NCBI GenBank assembly: GCA_030704615.1 | Contig: CM060731.1 | Span: 81,158,001 to 81,222,000 of the forward strand | Direction of reading: 5' to 3' | Source of the DNA: Takakia lepidozioides | Lineage: Eukaryota > Plantae > Bryophyta | Length of the DNA stretch: 64,000 nt | Part shown: positions 25,701 to 39,493 of the stretch, piece by piece | Position numbering within the stretch: the stretch's first letter is position 1 | Layout of the letters: the number at the start of each line of letters is the position of its first letter | Notes under the pieces: model-generated | Database searches by the model: none | Told to the model about the DNA's origin: nothing | The model's input: the letters and a program-made list of their open reading frames with translations, nothing else | Translations under genes and position numbers: made by a program

Positions 25701-27958
25701 GGAGTGTTGTTACGTGCAGCTATTGAGTGCAAAGAGGAGGGAAGCTGTGATGCTTGTGAAGCTTGCAACTGCGGAGCAAGATATAGTGGATTTGAAGGTG
25801 AGGCCTGGAGTTTTGAATTGCACATAAAGTGTGACTGTGGTCCTCAAGACGTAATGGATCAGGTGGCATGCTCCCTTCCTTGTTTTGCTAACTTCGTGAC
25901 ACTGTTGCTTATGTGATTGCGGGTGCATGGATGGCACGTGCAGAGTGTGGTGCATGATTTGAAGCTCATGTCAAAGCCACCAATGCAGCAGGTTAGCCTT
26001 TTAAGACATCGTATTTGCACTTCCTCTTCCCAACATTCTTGTCAGAATGGTGAGTCCACCCCATCATGTTTTTATCTGGGACTGCTGCCTGATCATCTAC
26101 CAGATCCACAAGTTTGAAGCAGCATAGTTATGGTTGGACCAATGTGGATCTGGTCAAAACCAAGAATGCACTGTTTCAATAGTCAGCCTTCTCCCCCCAT
26201 TGGACTTGTATTTTGAACGCTGACGTATCCAATATGGATGCTTCGTTTCAACATCCATTGAGAAAATCACTTGCTTTTGTGCAAACCTCTAGTGGCTCAT
26301 AACAGGAATGGGATTCAGATATCTTTCGGAAAGCTATGCACGCTGGGATAGGAGGTTATCAGTATCATCTTTTCAAGTGCCTAATTGTTTTTTTGATAGG
26401 AAGTTTCTGCTTTCATTTTAGCACAAGGATGAGATTAAACATGTTGGATGGGACCTTTTAAATTGCATACAGGCACGGCGATTGCTACTTGATCCGGCTA
26501 TCCATGCTGAATTCACGCGCATGAAGGTAGGAACTGCCTCGTCCATGGACTTTCTCTTTTCTACCTGGGTTCTCTTCTCTGTTCATGCTCTCTGACAAGA
26601 GATGTCCAGGAGACTCGTTTAAGTGCACCTTGTCTAGTTTTTTGCTGACATTGTAGTCATTTTTGGTCTGGCTGTTATAGAAAGAGCTGGAAGCCGCAGA
26701 GAAGAAGGTAAAGGAGCTGCACGATGACCTCGCAGCAGTGCAATTCACTCCACACAGCAAGCATGGCAAGCTTCTCATGGCAAAGTGCCGCACTCTCCAG
26801 GAGGAGAATGCAGACATTGGGCGCGAGGCCACAGAGGGCAAGGTCATCACAAAGCTCTGCCTGGTGTCTTATTCAAACAATTGTTGCAATGCATGTTTTA
26901 TTAACACAAAATTTTATCACAGTGTTGCAGTTGGGCTAGAGTAGCCTAGGAAGATGCTGAAAGATACTCATAACTTCTCAATTTTACATCAGAAGTCTTC
27001 AAAATGTTTTGCTCAGCTGGTTTGGTCCATTCAATGAATTGGTTGAGATTGGGTATTCATCTAAGGCATCATGCAGTTTATCCTGTCGTCCTCACTAGTT
27101 CACAATTTAAATACTAGGCTTGGTGAGGTTTCCTAGATAATCAATGTCAGTTTTCATGGTAGTTATCTAACCGGCTTTGAACTAGTCCCCTTGAATTGGT
27201 CATCTCATCTCCTCATTGTTCTTGTCCAGATTGCTGACTTTGTTTCTAGTCCCTGTGTGCGTGGGCTTGTGCAGTTGCATGAGCTAGGGACCAGACTGGC
27301 GATGCAAAAGTCCCTTAATGTCGAACTTCGTCAAGCATATCGGGGTAGGGGATCAGCCTTTTCAAAACTTTCTCTCTTTTGTCCGCGGGTTATAAAGCTC
27401 CATTTCATTTCATTTCATTCTCTTCTGTCCTATTGCTTCCTCCACAAGAACCGTCAATGAAGTTGTCATCTGGATGCAGAGCTATATGAGAGTGTGGAGG
27501 ATCTCAACGAGGAGGTGGAAAGGTCTCAACAGACAGTATGTTCCATGTTCCCACTTCTCCTGCTTCTGCTGTAGTCATGATCGACATGTCGATTTCTATC
27601 TCTTGCTCTGGAAAGGTAGAGCAACAAAGAGTGATGTAAGGAATCAAGGTTCTGTACCATCCACTTCATGAAACCTCACTCAAAGCCAATTACAGGTTCT
27701 GTACCATCCATTTCGTGGTTTCTAGCTCTGTGGTTTTTCTTGGAGCAGACTAAAGATGGGAGAACATTGCAGGTGTACATTCTGCAGAGACAGCTGCAGC
27801 AGAAAGGGCAGGAGCTGCTTGAGCTTCGCAAGCTGATCGATTTGCAAGAGTCAGCCAGAGATGATGCAAGAAAAGTGGATGATGAAGGTGAGAGGCAGCA
27901 TGTGCCTAAAAAAGAGAGAGAAGATGAGAGAGACCAACAGTCATCTGATAAGAAATAG
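22774..27958 (+). CDS. FIP37: FIP37/WTAP homolog (scaffold of the mRNA m6A writer complex), ~13 exons
   Basis: GT-AG exons translate to KRDFGDLDDDEEDL, TILNLRAS-LEDRD, EELEKWHNAFNNDSLLPAG, LLSAKRREA, ARRLLLDPAIHAEFTRMK, VQFTPHSKHGKLLMAKCRTLQEENADIG..EGK-LHELGTRLAMQKS and EVERSQQT-VYILQ. This is collinear with plant FIP37. The first exon is inferred at 22774-22827. Confidence 0.93.
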
Positions 27959-30498
27959 AAAATGCCAAGTGAAACTCCAACATTCAATTTTTGTGGGATT
28001 CTTGGTAGCTTAGAAAAGAGGGAGGTCTTCCTGTTAGTGTAGAGAAGGGTCTTCCTGGGATGAATTATTCGGCGTGTCGCATAAGGTAATGAGATTTCTT
28101 AATGTGTCAGCTATTATGAGATATTTTTTTCGCTACAAAAGGTACGTGGTTCTTCCCACCAGCTTAAGTTCCGGAGTTTTTAAGTTTTTGAAAACTTGTT
28201 AATTTACAGGCTACTGGTAGCTAAAAGCTTGCCACCTGATTTTAGCCTGAGGTCCAGAGAGGGATAAGACACGGAAATTTGGTTGCGGGTGCAAAAACTT
28301 GTTACTCGGGCCTCTAGCTTGCAATCTTCAGCTTTGCAGTTTTTCCTTCCTGGTGGATCTCCTGAAACAACTGTAGGATACTGTCATCTAAAATTTGACA
28401 GGTACGTCTCCAATCTGTGACTTGGGTTTGTTGTTATGGGAAGGAGGTGACATGGTGGTTCCTTCATTTCCAGAGTGGCCATGAGAAAATGCTTGAGGGC
28501 ATCTTGTCGTCTGAATTTCTGGGGTCAGTTGTCCAAAGACTCTGGATCATTGAACTCACAGGTGACTTCATGGAAGACAATAAAGATCATGATATTTTGT
28601 GGCCCCAACAAGCAGTGCATACGCACAAAAAGGTACCTTGACATCCTTAAACAGTGAGAAAAATGACAGGATGGCCTCCCATTTGAAACAGACGTGGATG
28701 ATGTAAAAGGCTCTGTAGCAGCAAATACCGATGTTGCTCTTCGGAGTGTCACCCCAGCAGACGCCATGCCCGCAGGTGATGTGAGGCCTTCCATCCAAAC
28801 CAAAAGTAGGATGCACCCCTTCAAACTCTCCACCAGTATTTTCCTTGTGATCCCCTTATTTCTCAATGGATGGCCAGCCGCAAACAAAGCCAAGATTTAT
28901 TCAGGTGATGAATATATGACCAAGCAGTAGTGCTCCGCTTGGTTAACTAAGCCAATGGTTCAGAAGGTTGGGTAGAAAGCCTGGAGCTGCTTTGTCGTAG
29001 AATGGTTTGGCCTCACATAAGAACTGAATAGGTCATGCTGCCTCAGCTCATTGAGCTTGTTTTCCACATTCAATCGATCATCCTGCCGTCTTAGCATCCA
29101 GCATTTTTCTTGCCCCAATTGCTAGAGTTCTCTGTGGTTCGCAAGCTGTAGCTGATCATGAGTCAATCCTTTGGGGGGCGTTCTATCCAAATCATCATTT
29201 AAATGGAAGTTCATCTCTTCCATATGTTCTTGCGCAGCAGCAGACAAATACATGTATCTGGAGATTGCCATTGCGCTTGCTTTGCTCCTCACTTGAGCTG
29301 CAAAACACCCGAAAAACCCTGACTATCCCTAGCCGTTAGATCCAGTCGATCAACGATCAAGATCTCACTAAGCAATACTCTAGCACGTACTTGAAGTGCC
29401 CTCCATCTCCACCATATAATCTGCCCTGTGTGATCTCTCTCATCCTATGGATGTGATCTCTCTCATCCTATGGATGTTGCTAGACCTGCAATGCACGATC
29501 GAGGAGATCTATCGCACCACGGGGATTGATTATCGCCGTGTGATCTAATTGAATCGTGCATTGATCATTCGTCCGCATACTTGCTCTTTCAAATCGGCTA
29601 AGTCCCAGCAGCATTCTCCTCAGGAAGTAGAACAGTACAAATACTACATACTCTAATTCTCGCTTGGATGCACCATCAGAATATTCACCAGATTTCGTCA
29701 AGATCATTGTGTCCAGTAGTGGGCCTAGTATCCCTTTACTTATACTTCAAAATGATACTGTTATACATTGAAAGACCTTGTGAGGGAGTATGCCATAAAC
29801 GGTTCCACCCCAACTTCATTGTCCCCTCATTAACTCTTCTAACCACTAAATCTATCGAAGGATAATCAAGCACATTACATGTTGGGGCCTTTACCTTGAG
29901 GGCGGGGGGTCGAGACACAAGAGCGGTTGTCCCTGTGGGTGGGGCAACGGCGGGGACTAAAGAGGGCGGAGGCACTCACCATGTGGAGCCTCGCAACTGG
30001 GTTGTGGTGGTGGCTCCGAGGTGGGGTGATCGTAACTTAGGGAATCGTAGTGGGGGTGGCATAGGACTCACCGCGGGGCTGTGGCCTTGTGGTGGGAGTC
30101 GTGGGGAGTCTTAGGGCACACTGCGGTCCATTAGGGCCATGGTGGGTGGGCCAAGATTCACCGCGACTCATAATGGGGAGTTGAGGGTGACGGTGGTTGT
30201 TCACCAAAAAAAACTTGGTTGTTTATGATAACCTCACCGACACCTACAGAATGAGGTTGGGTAGCGCGTGAGCACAAGGGCATATTTTTTGAATTTCCAG
30301 ATACCTATAGAATATTCCACAACGAAACGAAATTGGCAAAATTCAAAATCTGCGAAACTAACACATAAAGAACAAGTAGCCCTTATACCTGATGAACATG
30401 TTATCCTATAGGCGTGGCATTTTCTCACGTGGTGCATACACGATACCAACCCCTTTTCATAATAGGCGCGAGAGTGGGTAGTGAGGCTTCACCTCAAA

Positions 30499-33244
30499 TG
30501 CAAGGTCCTCGCCAATGGATATGTCAAGGTTTTAGTCATGGTTATCTAGAATTACCTACTTCTAGTTAACTAGGACATTTTAGATATTTATATTTATATT
30601 TTGTGTGTTGGGACTTCATTTGGTCTCACATGCCAAGTGAGGCGTCGAGCCTCACTTAAGACATGGGGATAGGTTTTCCCCTTGTGAGGATGGAGGAGGC
30701 TTATCTTCTTGTAGTTGAGCCTCCATGAGCGTCTCTCACCTCCATAGCTCTAGGTATTGAGAGGGAGTGTGGTGAGGGCTTTGTAGGGTGGATTCCCTTA
30801 GCAAGGGTGCCCTTAGCTTGACTTAGTTTATGTGATTGAGTGGATTCATGAGTGGAGGTTTTCCATTATGTTCACTTCCATTATCACTACAAGAAGATCA
30901 CCTTATGCTTGTGAGTGCGGAGTATAAGGATAGTTTTGCACTTGTATTGGTGTACACCAAGGAGTGAGAGAGCTAGGGAAAGCTCAGGTATCTCACAAGG
31001 CTTGCAAGGTGTTGCAAGAGAGAGTGTGTTTGCATTGCATCAAGCAGGTGGAGAGCTCAAGGAGAGAGCTCTTGAGTTACAAGACTTTGCAAGTATTGCA
31101 GGGAGAAAGTCTTGTGTGTGTGAAAGCAAAGGTTTGAAAGTTTGAGAAGAAGGAGCGTCATCTCTTTTATCTCAAGTGTTGTGACAACCATTTGCCAATG
31201 AAGTGGCTTCTATGGTGAAAAGAATGCATTGAGGGTTTGTAGAAGCATTATTGTGCACCAAGGGTTTTGAGAGCTTGGAAAAGAGCTCTTGCATCACAAG
31301 AGAAGCGTCTTGTATGTGGAGAAGATAGACACTAGGGTTTCAAGAGCAAGCTCTAGTTGTTCATGGTGTGAAAGAGAAGCCAAAGAACGACACATGCTTG
31401 GGTTAGAAACACCATAGAAGGAGTACAACAAGGATAGCTTGAGGAGCATTGAGTAGCTCAAGAGAAGCTAAGAAGTGGTTGTTTTATCCATCGTGAAATG
31501 AAGCCAAGTGGGGTTTCATTTGATTGACAAACAAGCAAGCTAAGGCGCTAGAAGGGAGTGTTTTTGCTAGTCTATGAGTTCTTGGATTGCTCTTGGTGAA
31601 GCAAGTGGTTGACCAAGCAAGTGGCGCATGTGTGGAGCATGCTTTCCAAGTGCGGCTTCCAACTTCAAGCGACAGCTAGAAGGTGAAGGGAACAAGTCAT
31701 TCTTTTGTGTACGAGATGATGCTTACGTGGAGCATGTTTTCAGCCCATTGAGGCTTCTATTTTTAAGCCTTGGAGAGCAAGAAGAAAGAAAAAGGGATGG
31801 TTTCCACTTAGGTGAAGGAAAAGCACTTGTAGCACATGTTGAGTTGGGGTTTCAACCTTAAACTTGAGTAGAGCACGACTCTTGAGCTAGCAAGTGAAGG
31901 GACTTGAATCTTCCTCTTTGCATGAGATGGAGATGTATTGATGCTTGGAGAAGCAACACATAGAAGCCAGGAATGGAGCATGTGTGTGGATGGAAAAGGA
32001 GAGCACATGAATGAGTGCAAGACTTGGTTGATTGTCAAATGAGGTAAAAAGCTTAATTCTTGAGCTCCAGAGAGAAGTGAAGCTTGTTGTGTGGCAAATG
32101 CATTGCTAGGTGAGATGGAATCAAGCTTGGTTGTGGCTTGAGGTGAAGAAGATCAAGGTAGTTTGCCTTGGTAGCTCATAGAAGTCATGGATGCTTGAGG
32201 AGAACAAGCATGAAGCTCAAGGAAGCCCAAACCCTAGCTTGGAATGCACAAACCCTAGCATGAGATGCACATGAAACCCTAGGTGGATGGAAACAGTCAC
32301 CAAAGTGTAGGAACGGTCACTGTAGTCTGGGAACCGTCACCGTAGTCTGGGAACCGTCACCAAGGTGTGGGAACGGTCACTATAGGCTGGGAACATAGTG
32401 ACATATAAAGACAATATAGGGCTTTTGGAGGATTTTCAAGGGCCAAACTCATATGGATCCAATATATCATTTTCTCAGTACCCTGTCAGAAACATTGAAA
32501 CATTCGCAGTTACAAACAGTGCTACAATACATGGCCGGTTTTGTTGAAATGACATTTGTGAGGTTCGAGCGTATGCAATTTATTATTTACAACGGAATTT
32601 CATTTACTCGGGGGACCGGTACTGCTGTTGGAGCGCAACTGATGGTGCGAGTTCTCTATTGATTGGAGCTGTCACAACCAATGTCAACAATCATATTTAC
32701 GGTAAGGGCATGGCCCACCATAAATTGAATGAATTGGAGATTTTGTGCGAACTTTGAAGAGCTCTTGAAGAGGTATTTGGATGACTATTTGGAGGCTTAT
32801 TTGCGGTCCTTGAAGGCCAAGTTTTGGCAAGTTTTTGGAGCCTTTGGAAGGCTAGGGCTGTTTGGGGTCCTTGGAGGCCGATATTTGGCGAGCTTGAGGA
32901 GTCTATGGTGACTTGTTGAAAGACTATTTGGGGTCCTTGAGGGCCGAGATTTGGCAAGCTCTTGGGGCCTTCGTGTACTGTTTGGAGTACCATTGTGTAA
33001 GCTTTGGGAGCCTTAGTGAGATTGTTTGAGGGACATCTTGAGGGCTCTTAGAGAGTGATCTTTGAAAAGTCTTGTCCATTGCTTAAGCAAGAGAGTGTGG
33101 AGATAGGGTAGTGGGATAAGAGCATGTTGTGATAGGAATTGCTTTAGTCTCTCTTCCTTGTCGTCTTCCACTCTCTCTATAGGCCAAAACCTCTCCGTAG
33201 ATGGAGGCAAGAGTCAGTCCGAGTTTGGGCTGGGGTGTCTTGCA
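30499..33244 (+). mobile_element. Possible long LTR or LTR-retrotransposon remnant (non-coding)
   Basis: TGCAAG...CTTGCA inverted ends, strong purine skew, internal 20-bp tandem repeat (GGGAACCGTCACCGTAGTCT, ~32290-32400). No TSD was found. Confidence 0.4.
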
Positions 33245-33775
33245 GGAGCGACACTGTGGAGTGTTTTTTGTGTGGGGGAGTTACTATTTTAATTTTCTTA
33301 TGGTTGGATCCCATCCACACCTGCATGTTTGACTGTGCGCCATGTTAGTTTTTTGTGGGCGCTTGTTTTCATAGGAGGTTGGTCCGGATTTGATCACCGG
33401 TCAATCCTAGAGCGTGCTGTTGGTGGTGAGGCTAGGGTGATGACCAGTCAGACCATCGTTCACTAGAAGAGAAACCGGCTTTTTCCACGGCTCTTTTCAC
33501 ACTTTTTGCCGTGGAATCCGCCCCAGTCCACACCTGCCGTGGGTGTAAGAAACGACTAGTGCTTTCGGACACCCCGTGGACGGCCTGGCTCTCGGGTGGC
33601 CTTGTGGAAAAGTCCACGGGTGGTTGAATCCACGGGTGGCTTTTTTCATGGTGTTCATGGCTTTTTCCACGGGCGACGTGTGCTTTGGCGAACACCGCAA
33701 CGTGGATCCTAGATGTACAAAGGTGTGGACTTGTCCACACCTACGGGAAAACCATGCGACAGCCTGTCACCAGGG

Positions 33776-34114
33776 TGTCAAGTTAAATAAGCACAGTGTG
33801 AAAACAACTAGAATAAAGCTAGTTGGATTTAGATCAAGTGTTAAATCAAGTGTCAAGTTTAGTTTGACACCTGAACCGCCTTATCTTCACGAGAGCGGCA
33901 GTCGCGCAGCTCATCTCTCTCGAGTTGAGCCTGCGCGACCGAGCTCCTGCATCGTTTAGGACTGAGTGTGCTTATGATGGGAGTATAGGTTGTTGTGGGG
34001 TGGAGTCCCCATAGCTTGGGGTGCCCCTGGCTCGACTTCTGTTTTAACGAATGATAGCGATGGATTTCATGTTGTTTCTGGTATGAACAGTGTGTCTCTT
34101 AGCTTGTTCTACCA
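33776..34114 (+). repeat. Repeat A1 (5' terminal repeat, 339 bp)
   Basis: Matches 41332-41687 apart from ~9 substitutions and a 17-bp indel. Confidence 0.95.
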
Positions 34115-34129
34115 CTCGAGAGAGATGAG
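34114..34129 (+). promoter_or_regulatory. Putative self-priming primer-binding site
   Basis: ACTCGAGAGAGATGAG immediately after A1 is the exact reverse complement of CTCATCTCTCTCGAGT (33910-33925) inside A1. There is no TGG-type tRNA PBS. Confidence 0.8.
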
Positions 34130-35589
34130 TTTGCATCTGTGAGTGCAAGATGTGAGCTTAATTAGTTTTTAGCACTTGTGGGTTTTGTGTGAAGATGAGA
34201 GAGAAACACGAGGGTGCAATGGCAAGTTAGGCTTCTGTGTGTTGAAAGCGGTAACACGAAAGTGCATGGGTATTCTCCCTTTATAACGGTCACTGGCTGA
34301 GCGGCAGATTGAGAGCCGAGCATGGTGAAACGATCAGCATTATTGTTGTCTCGCAAGGCTGGGATGCAAGCCTTCATTGTCTTGGTGGTTAGAAGCGGAG
34401 GTGCAGCTGGTTACGCGAGTAGGTGGACCGTGGTCTTCGACTTAAGCTGCAGAGATAAAAATACCATGCTATAGGTAATTCCTGAGTAGACTGATGGTTT
34501 CAGACCTGCACATAGTGAGCAGCCAAGGTGTTGGACTGGTTGATGGGCTCATGTCTACAAGTCATCGTGCCAATGTTATATCGGTACTGATGACAAACGA
34601 TTTGGTGAAGTTGTTGATGGCATATATCATGGTGTGCAATCAGTAAAGGCTGAGTTGAGAAGTTGGCTGGCTATCGTTGGTTTTCTTGGTCAGCGAGCAG
34701 GGACAGGCTGGCATGAAGGCAGATTGTGCCGTCGTTGGCTTTCATGTGGAATAGTTACAGCAAAACCGGTGGGAATATTTGTAGTCAAATAAGATCAACA
34801 AGCAAGTGAGGCTTGGTGATTATGCTTGAGGAATTCGATCTTGGACTTGGACGGGTCTGTAATAATTTTTATAAAAAAACGAGCATGGATGAACTGGCCA
34901 AGTGGCGATGGTGTTGTCCTCGATTAGCTGTGGATTGCAATAGGACAAGGAGAGCAAGAACAGGGTGATGAAGGGGTGCAGACAACGACACCTAGTTCCA
35001 TCAAGGCTTGGTTAAGGTCTCCAAGCCTCTTTGCATCCATCAACTGTGTGGCTAGAGCCCATAAAGCTTGACTATAGCTGATGTTTTGTTAGAAGATATG
35101 GCTCGTAGCCTGCAGAGAACACAAATAACATTGTCATCCACCACTGGGACTGCATGCTAGAAAGCCATGGAGGCGATGGCACCTGCCGTGTAGTTGCCAG
35201 TGCAGAAGAGGTTGAGGGAGAAGCCATGAAGCAGCGTCAGCCACGGTAGTTTGATCATCATCCTTCAACAAGTCGCTACATTCAGTTTCAGGCACTGCAG
35301 CAACTTGGCATCTCCCCCCCCCGGCTCTTGATGCCTACGTATGCATCCAGTAAGCGTCCAAATCTCAGCCTTCGCGAGTTACCCTGCGCGCACACTGAGC
35401 AGCATCCCGTTTCTCGTGTGCAGGCAAGCAGTCTGTGCCAACTTGTGCAACAGTTCGCCCAGTCTGGGTTAACTAGGACAGTTTGCAGTTGAGATGTGGA
35501 TGGAAAAAGGCCCAAGGGAGGGAGGGCCTCAAGGAGGGCCAAAAGGCAAGGCTGTATGTAGGTAGGAGAGATTAGCCAGCTGCCTCTTT

Positions 35590-35860
35590 TACAACATTCG
35601 GACACTCAAAGAAAGGAGTGACTGATACATGCTCATGCCGACAGGCAAGTGAGTTGGCTGAATGGATATCTGTGTCGCCTGAAACGCAAAGTGCAGCTAC
35701 ATCGTCCTTACAAGTGACAACGGCTTGAGCTAGCACACCTCGCACATCCACACACGCCAGCTTGTTTATGCCATGCACCTTGTCATCGCAACCTACACAC
35801 AAAAATGCTGCATCTGCCCTGCAATACATAGTAATGCTTGACACATGACAAGACGTGTCT
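35590..35860 (-). pseudogene. Captured CONSTANS-like (COL) double B-box fragment inside the retrotransposon
   Basis: [31 protein letters not shown], then RVWMCEVC in a shifted frame, then [41 protein letters not shown]. Confidence 0.85.
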
Positions 35861-36311
35861 GTGGTAGCCAGGCTTCCTGAACGAGGGAGAAGGACGCCGG
35901 TGCACGTTTGAGGACAAACAATCCCTGCACAACAACTCCCGAAGTTGAAGATTTCTCCAAAGAACGAGCAACAATGGCCATAGTTACCAAAACGGCTGGT
36001 ACAGTTGTAACGGCCATGCTTGGAAGATCGCATCTCGGATTTAACGAAACAGGTTCGGGATGAACTGACTCCCTTGTCATTCCTTCCAGGATTCTTGCTG
36101 TGAGTGAGATCTTCACATTCTATAAGGGAGGCCGGACGGAGTGGATCGTAGCCCAAGATATTTTCGTGCTGGGAGCTCAAAAATGTTATTTATAGTGGAG
36201 AACTTAGAATTCGCAGGGAACCAGGGAACAGGGAACCAAGACGGATTATTGGAAATAGATTTTTCATTTGAATGACATATATTATGTTTAAAGAGCCTAT
36301 TTGGCCATAAC

Positions 36312-37850
36312 TTGTCATACAAAGGGTTGCTGGAGGGCAATGCCCATGCAGAGGATGTGCCACCTCCAGCAGAGCAGGATGACATGCATGGTATGGCGGA
36401 GTTGCCTGCCATGGTTGCTCACACTCCATTGTGGGGTACGAGCAAGGATTTGCAGCAGGCTGCTGATGGACGGGTGCAACAAGCTTGGGTAGAAGCTTTC
36501 GTACCGTCAGGAGAGGAGGAGAGTGCGGTGATTGCACCAGGACCACCCCAGTTGTCGCCATTGGACACCACACCTCTTGTATGGCAGTGCCCGGATGAAG
36601 GCATATGCCTTCTGGACTTGTTTGGCGGGATCAGCACTGGATTGGCTGCAGTGCTGCAGGCAGGTGTACGAGTTCGACGTTACCTGTATGTAGAGAGGGA
36701 TGAGACTGCACGACGCGTCTCACTGCGCCATGTTGCTCCGTTGGTACAGCAGTACCCTATTTTGTTGCCAGTGTCTACAGTTCGTGGATACCAACAAGCC
36801 TTGCCAGCAGACATTTCGTTGTTGGGGGCGCAGGATTTGGAGCAGGTTGGCTCCATTGATCTGGTAGTGGCAGGTTGGCCCTGCCAAGGGCATTCATCAG
36901 CCGGGCATGGCAATGGATTGCGAGACTCGAGGACGGGTCTGTTTTGAGAGATGATGCGGGTTTTGCGCCACTTGCAGCTTCATCAAGCTGTATCTCCAGC
37001 ATACATCTTGGAGAATGTGCCACTGATGGGTGATTCTCGGGCCAGGGTGATGGCCAGTGTGCATCAAGTCCGGTCGTGGCTTGGGTCAGCAGTGTTGCTG
37101 GATGCAGCTGCAGTGGGGTCACGGGCTCATCGTCCACGGCTTTGGTGGACTAACTTGATGCCACCCGCACTGCTCAAGCGTGCATTTGATGGGGTGCAGC
37201 GGCCAGCATACCTCACCAAGGATGGCATTTTGGACACAGGGAGGCAGTCTCAATGTGTGAGACACGATGACCGTTCGCCTTTGGCAGTGGTCAACAGGAT
37301 GGGTCAACCACGAGCAGCATTACCTACACTGCTCAGCTTCCCAGGATCCCATGCTTTTCGGGATGGTGGACCAAGCCTCTTGTGGGATAGCCAGTTGCAA
37401 CAGTTAGTGGAGCCTAATGCCGACGAGCGAGAGCGGGCTATGGGATTTTCCACTGGGACCACGGCGGTGCCTTCTCTTTCTGAGGCATCACGTCGTCAGG
37501 TGTTGGGGCAAGCAATGGATCTCAATTGCTTGACCTGGATTATCAGCTTGGCTATGGCTGAGCAACGTAGAGTGCAAAGTGCACTTCCCTTGACGGTCTC
37601 TCTGCCTACCGAGACGGTACAGGCAGCGAGTGGGGACGAGCCGGTGAGGACCACGGGGTGTAGACATCCATGGCACATGTGGGAGGTGCTCGAGGTTCAG
37701 AGGGAGTTGGCAGCCAAGGCAGCTGTGATGGATGAGGTTGGGGATTCTTCTCGGGATGAGGAGGTTCTCAATGATGAGATGATGGGGCAGGATGAGGCCT
37801 TGTCATTGACTGAACAGGAAGGGAGTACTGCTCAAGAGGTTGCAGCATAG
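36312..37850 (+). pseudogene. DNA (cytosine-5)-methyltransferase (DNMT3-like) domain in the Gypsy pol region, one premature stop
   Basis: Motif I LLDLFGGISTG, II YVERDE, IV DLVVAGWPCQG (catalytic PC), VI ILENVP, VIII AHRPRLWWTN, IX/X ERERAMGF..RRQVLGQAMD. In-frame TGA at 36945-36947. Confidence 0.92.
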
Positions 37851-37859
37851 CAACCATAG

Positions 37860-39493
37860 GACGCGTCCTCTACCTCTAAGCCCACTGGACTTAAGGTTGC
37901 AGTTACGGAGGACAATTGGGAGCCTGACATTGGACCCATTGTCACCGGAGGAGAGAAACGACGTATACGGCGGTTCCTGAGGGCTTACAGGAATTGCTTT
38001 GCCTTCAGTTTGAAGGACTTGGGAGCACTGAAGGGTCAAGAGATCCGTATTGAGTTGGCCACTGACACGCCAATCTTTCGGAGACCCTATAGATACAGTG
38101 ACATGGAGAGGTCTTTGATTCAGATGAGGACTCAAGATCTCTGGGAGACAGGTTTGGTGGAGCTCTCTGGTGGAGAGTATGCTTCAGCCACAGTGATGCC
38201 AGCCAAGAAGGATGTCTATGGCAATTGGACGGAGAGACGTATGTGCGGTGATTACTGGCCTGTAAATCGTCAGACCAAGTCCGATAGGTATGCCATGCCG
38301 ACACCAGAGGAGATCTTTGATGCCATTGGGCATTCCAAGGTCTTTAGCACGTTGGATTTACGATCCGGATATCACCAGTTGCCGATCAAGGAGGCGGATA
38401 AGCAAAAGACGGCATTCTGGGGGATCAATGAGCACGGGAAGGATTGCCTATACCAGTGGCGGTTCTTACCATTTGGGCTTAAAAATGCTCCCACTGAGTT
38501 TCAAAGAATCATGGACAGGATTCTAGCAGGGGTGGAGTTTGCTCGGTGATACATAGATGAATCATCATCTTTAGTGCTACGGTGGAGGAGCATGAGAGAC
38601 ACCTTCAGGGGGTATTTGAGCGCTTGAGGACGCATGGATTGAAGTTACATCCGGGCAAGTGCAAGTTTTTCCACAACCAGATTGAGTATCTGGGTCACAT
38701 GATATATCCTAGAGGATTGGGGGTACAGCAGACTAAGGTAGAGTCCATTGCACAGGTTCCACGCCCCACAGATGTGAACCGAGTTCGAGCTTTCATGGGG
38801 TTAGCAAACTATTACAGACAGTTTGTTAAGGGATTTAGTGCCATTGCAAATGCTCTAACCAAGCTGACCAAGGTGGACCAGGAGTGGCAGTTGGAAGATG
38901 AGCAAGAACAAGCTTTTCAAGAGCTCAAGGCAAGGTTGACCTCGGCGCCCATCTTGAGACGACCTATCAGGGGGCGTCCTTTTCAGCTGCATACAGATTG
39001 GAGCATGCTGGGGCTTGGAGCGGTGCTCACACAGGTGGATGATGAGGGAAGAGAGTTTGTAGTGGCTTATGCTAGCCGCTCGAACAATGCTGCAGAGTCT
39101 AAGTTTAGCTCATATGAGGGAGAATGCTTAGCTGCAGTGTGGGCCATGGCACACTTCAGGTGCTATCTATACGGCAATCTCTTCAGCCTTGTCACGGATC
39201 ACCAACCACTCAAGTGGTTGATGGAGTTAGACAAGCTTACAGGGAAGCTTGCATGGTGGGCACTCATCCTTGAAGACTATGACTTTCAGGTGGTGCATCG
39301 ACCGGGTTTGGTCAATCGCAATGCAGATGGGTTGAGTCGCAATCCATGCACGAGCCAGCAGGATGATACTGGAGCTCGGTGGCATGGTGAGACGGACGAG
39401 GAGATGGTGCCCGGATGGCATGCATCTGCATTTCTGTGTATCTTGGCAGCGGAAGGTGAGGTTGGACCTGCAACAGGGATGACTGTAGATTAA
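37860..39493 (+). pseudogene. Gypsy reverse transcriptase and RNase H (stops and frameshifts)
   Basis: [27 protein letters not shown], degenerate YIDD, LHTDWSMLGLGAVL, YEGECLAAVW, TDHQPL, NADGLSR. Confidence 0.95.

Noticed and set aside
22774-27958. Functional cluster linking FIP37 (RNA m6A) with the nearby TE methyltransferases
   Set aside because: FIP37 is an ordinary host gene and the MTases are on independent insertions. Proximity alone is not evidence.
30499-33244. Confirmed solo LTR
   Set aside because: The flanks (TCAAA / GGAGC) are not a TSD and there is no second copy in the window, so it is kept only as a low-confidence call.
33776-34114. A1 as a merely truncated normal LTR (A+B with B deleted)
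   Set aside because: A self-complementary PBS abuts A1, and B1 sits between the PPT and A2, which deletion alone cannot explain.
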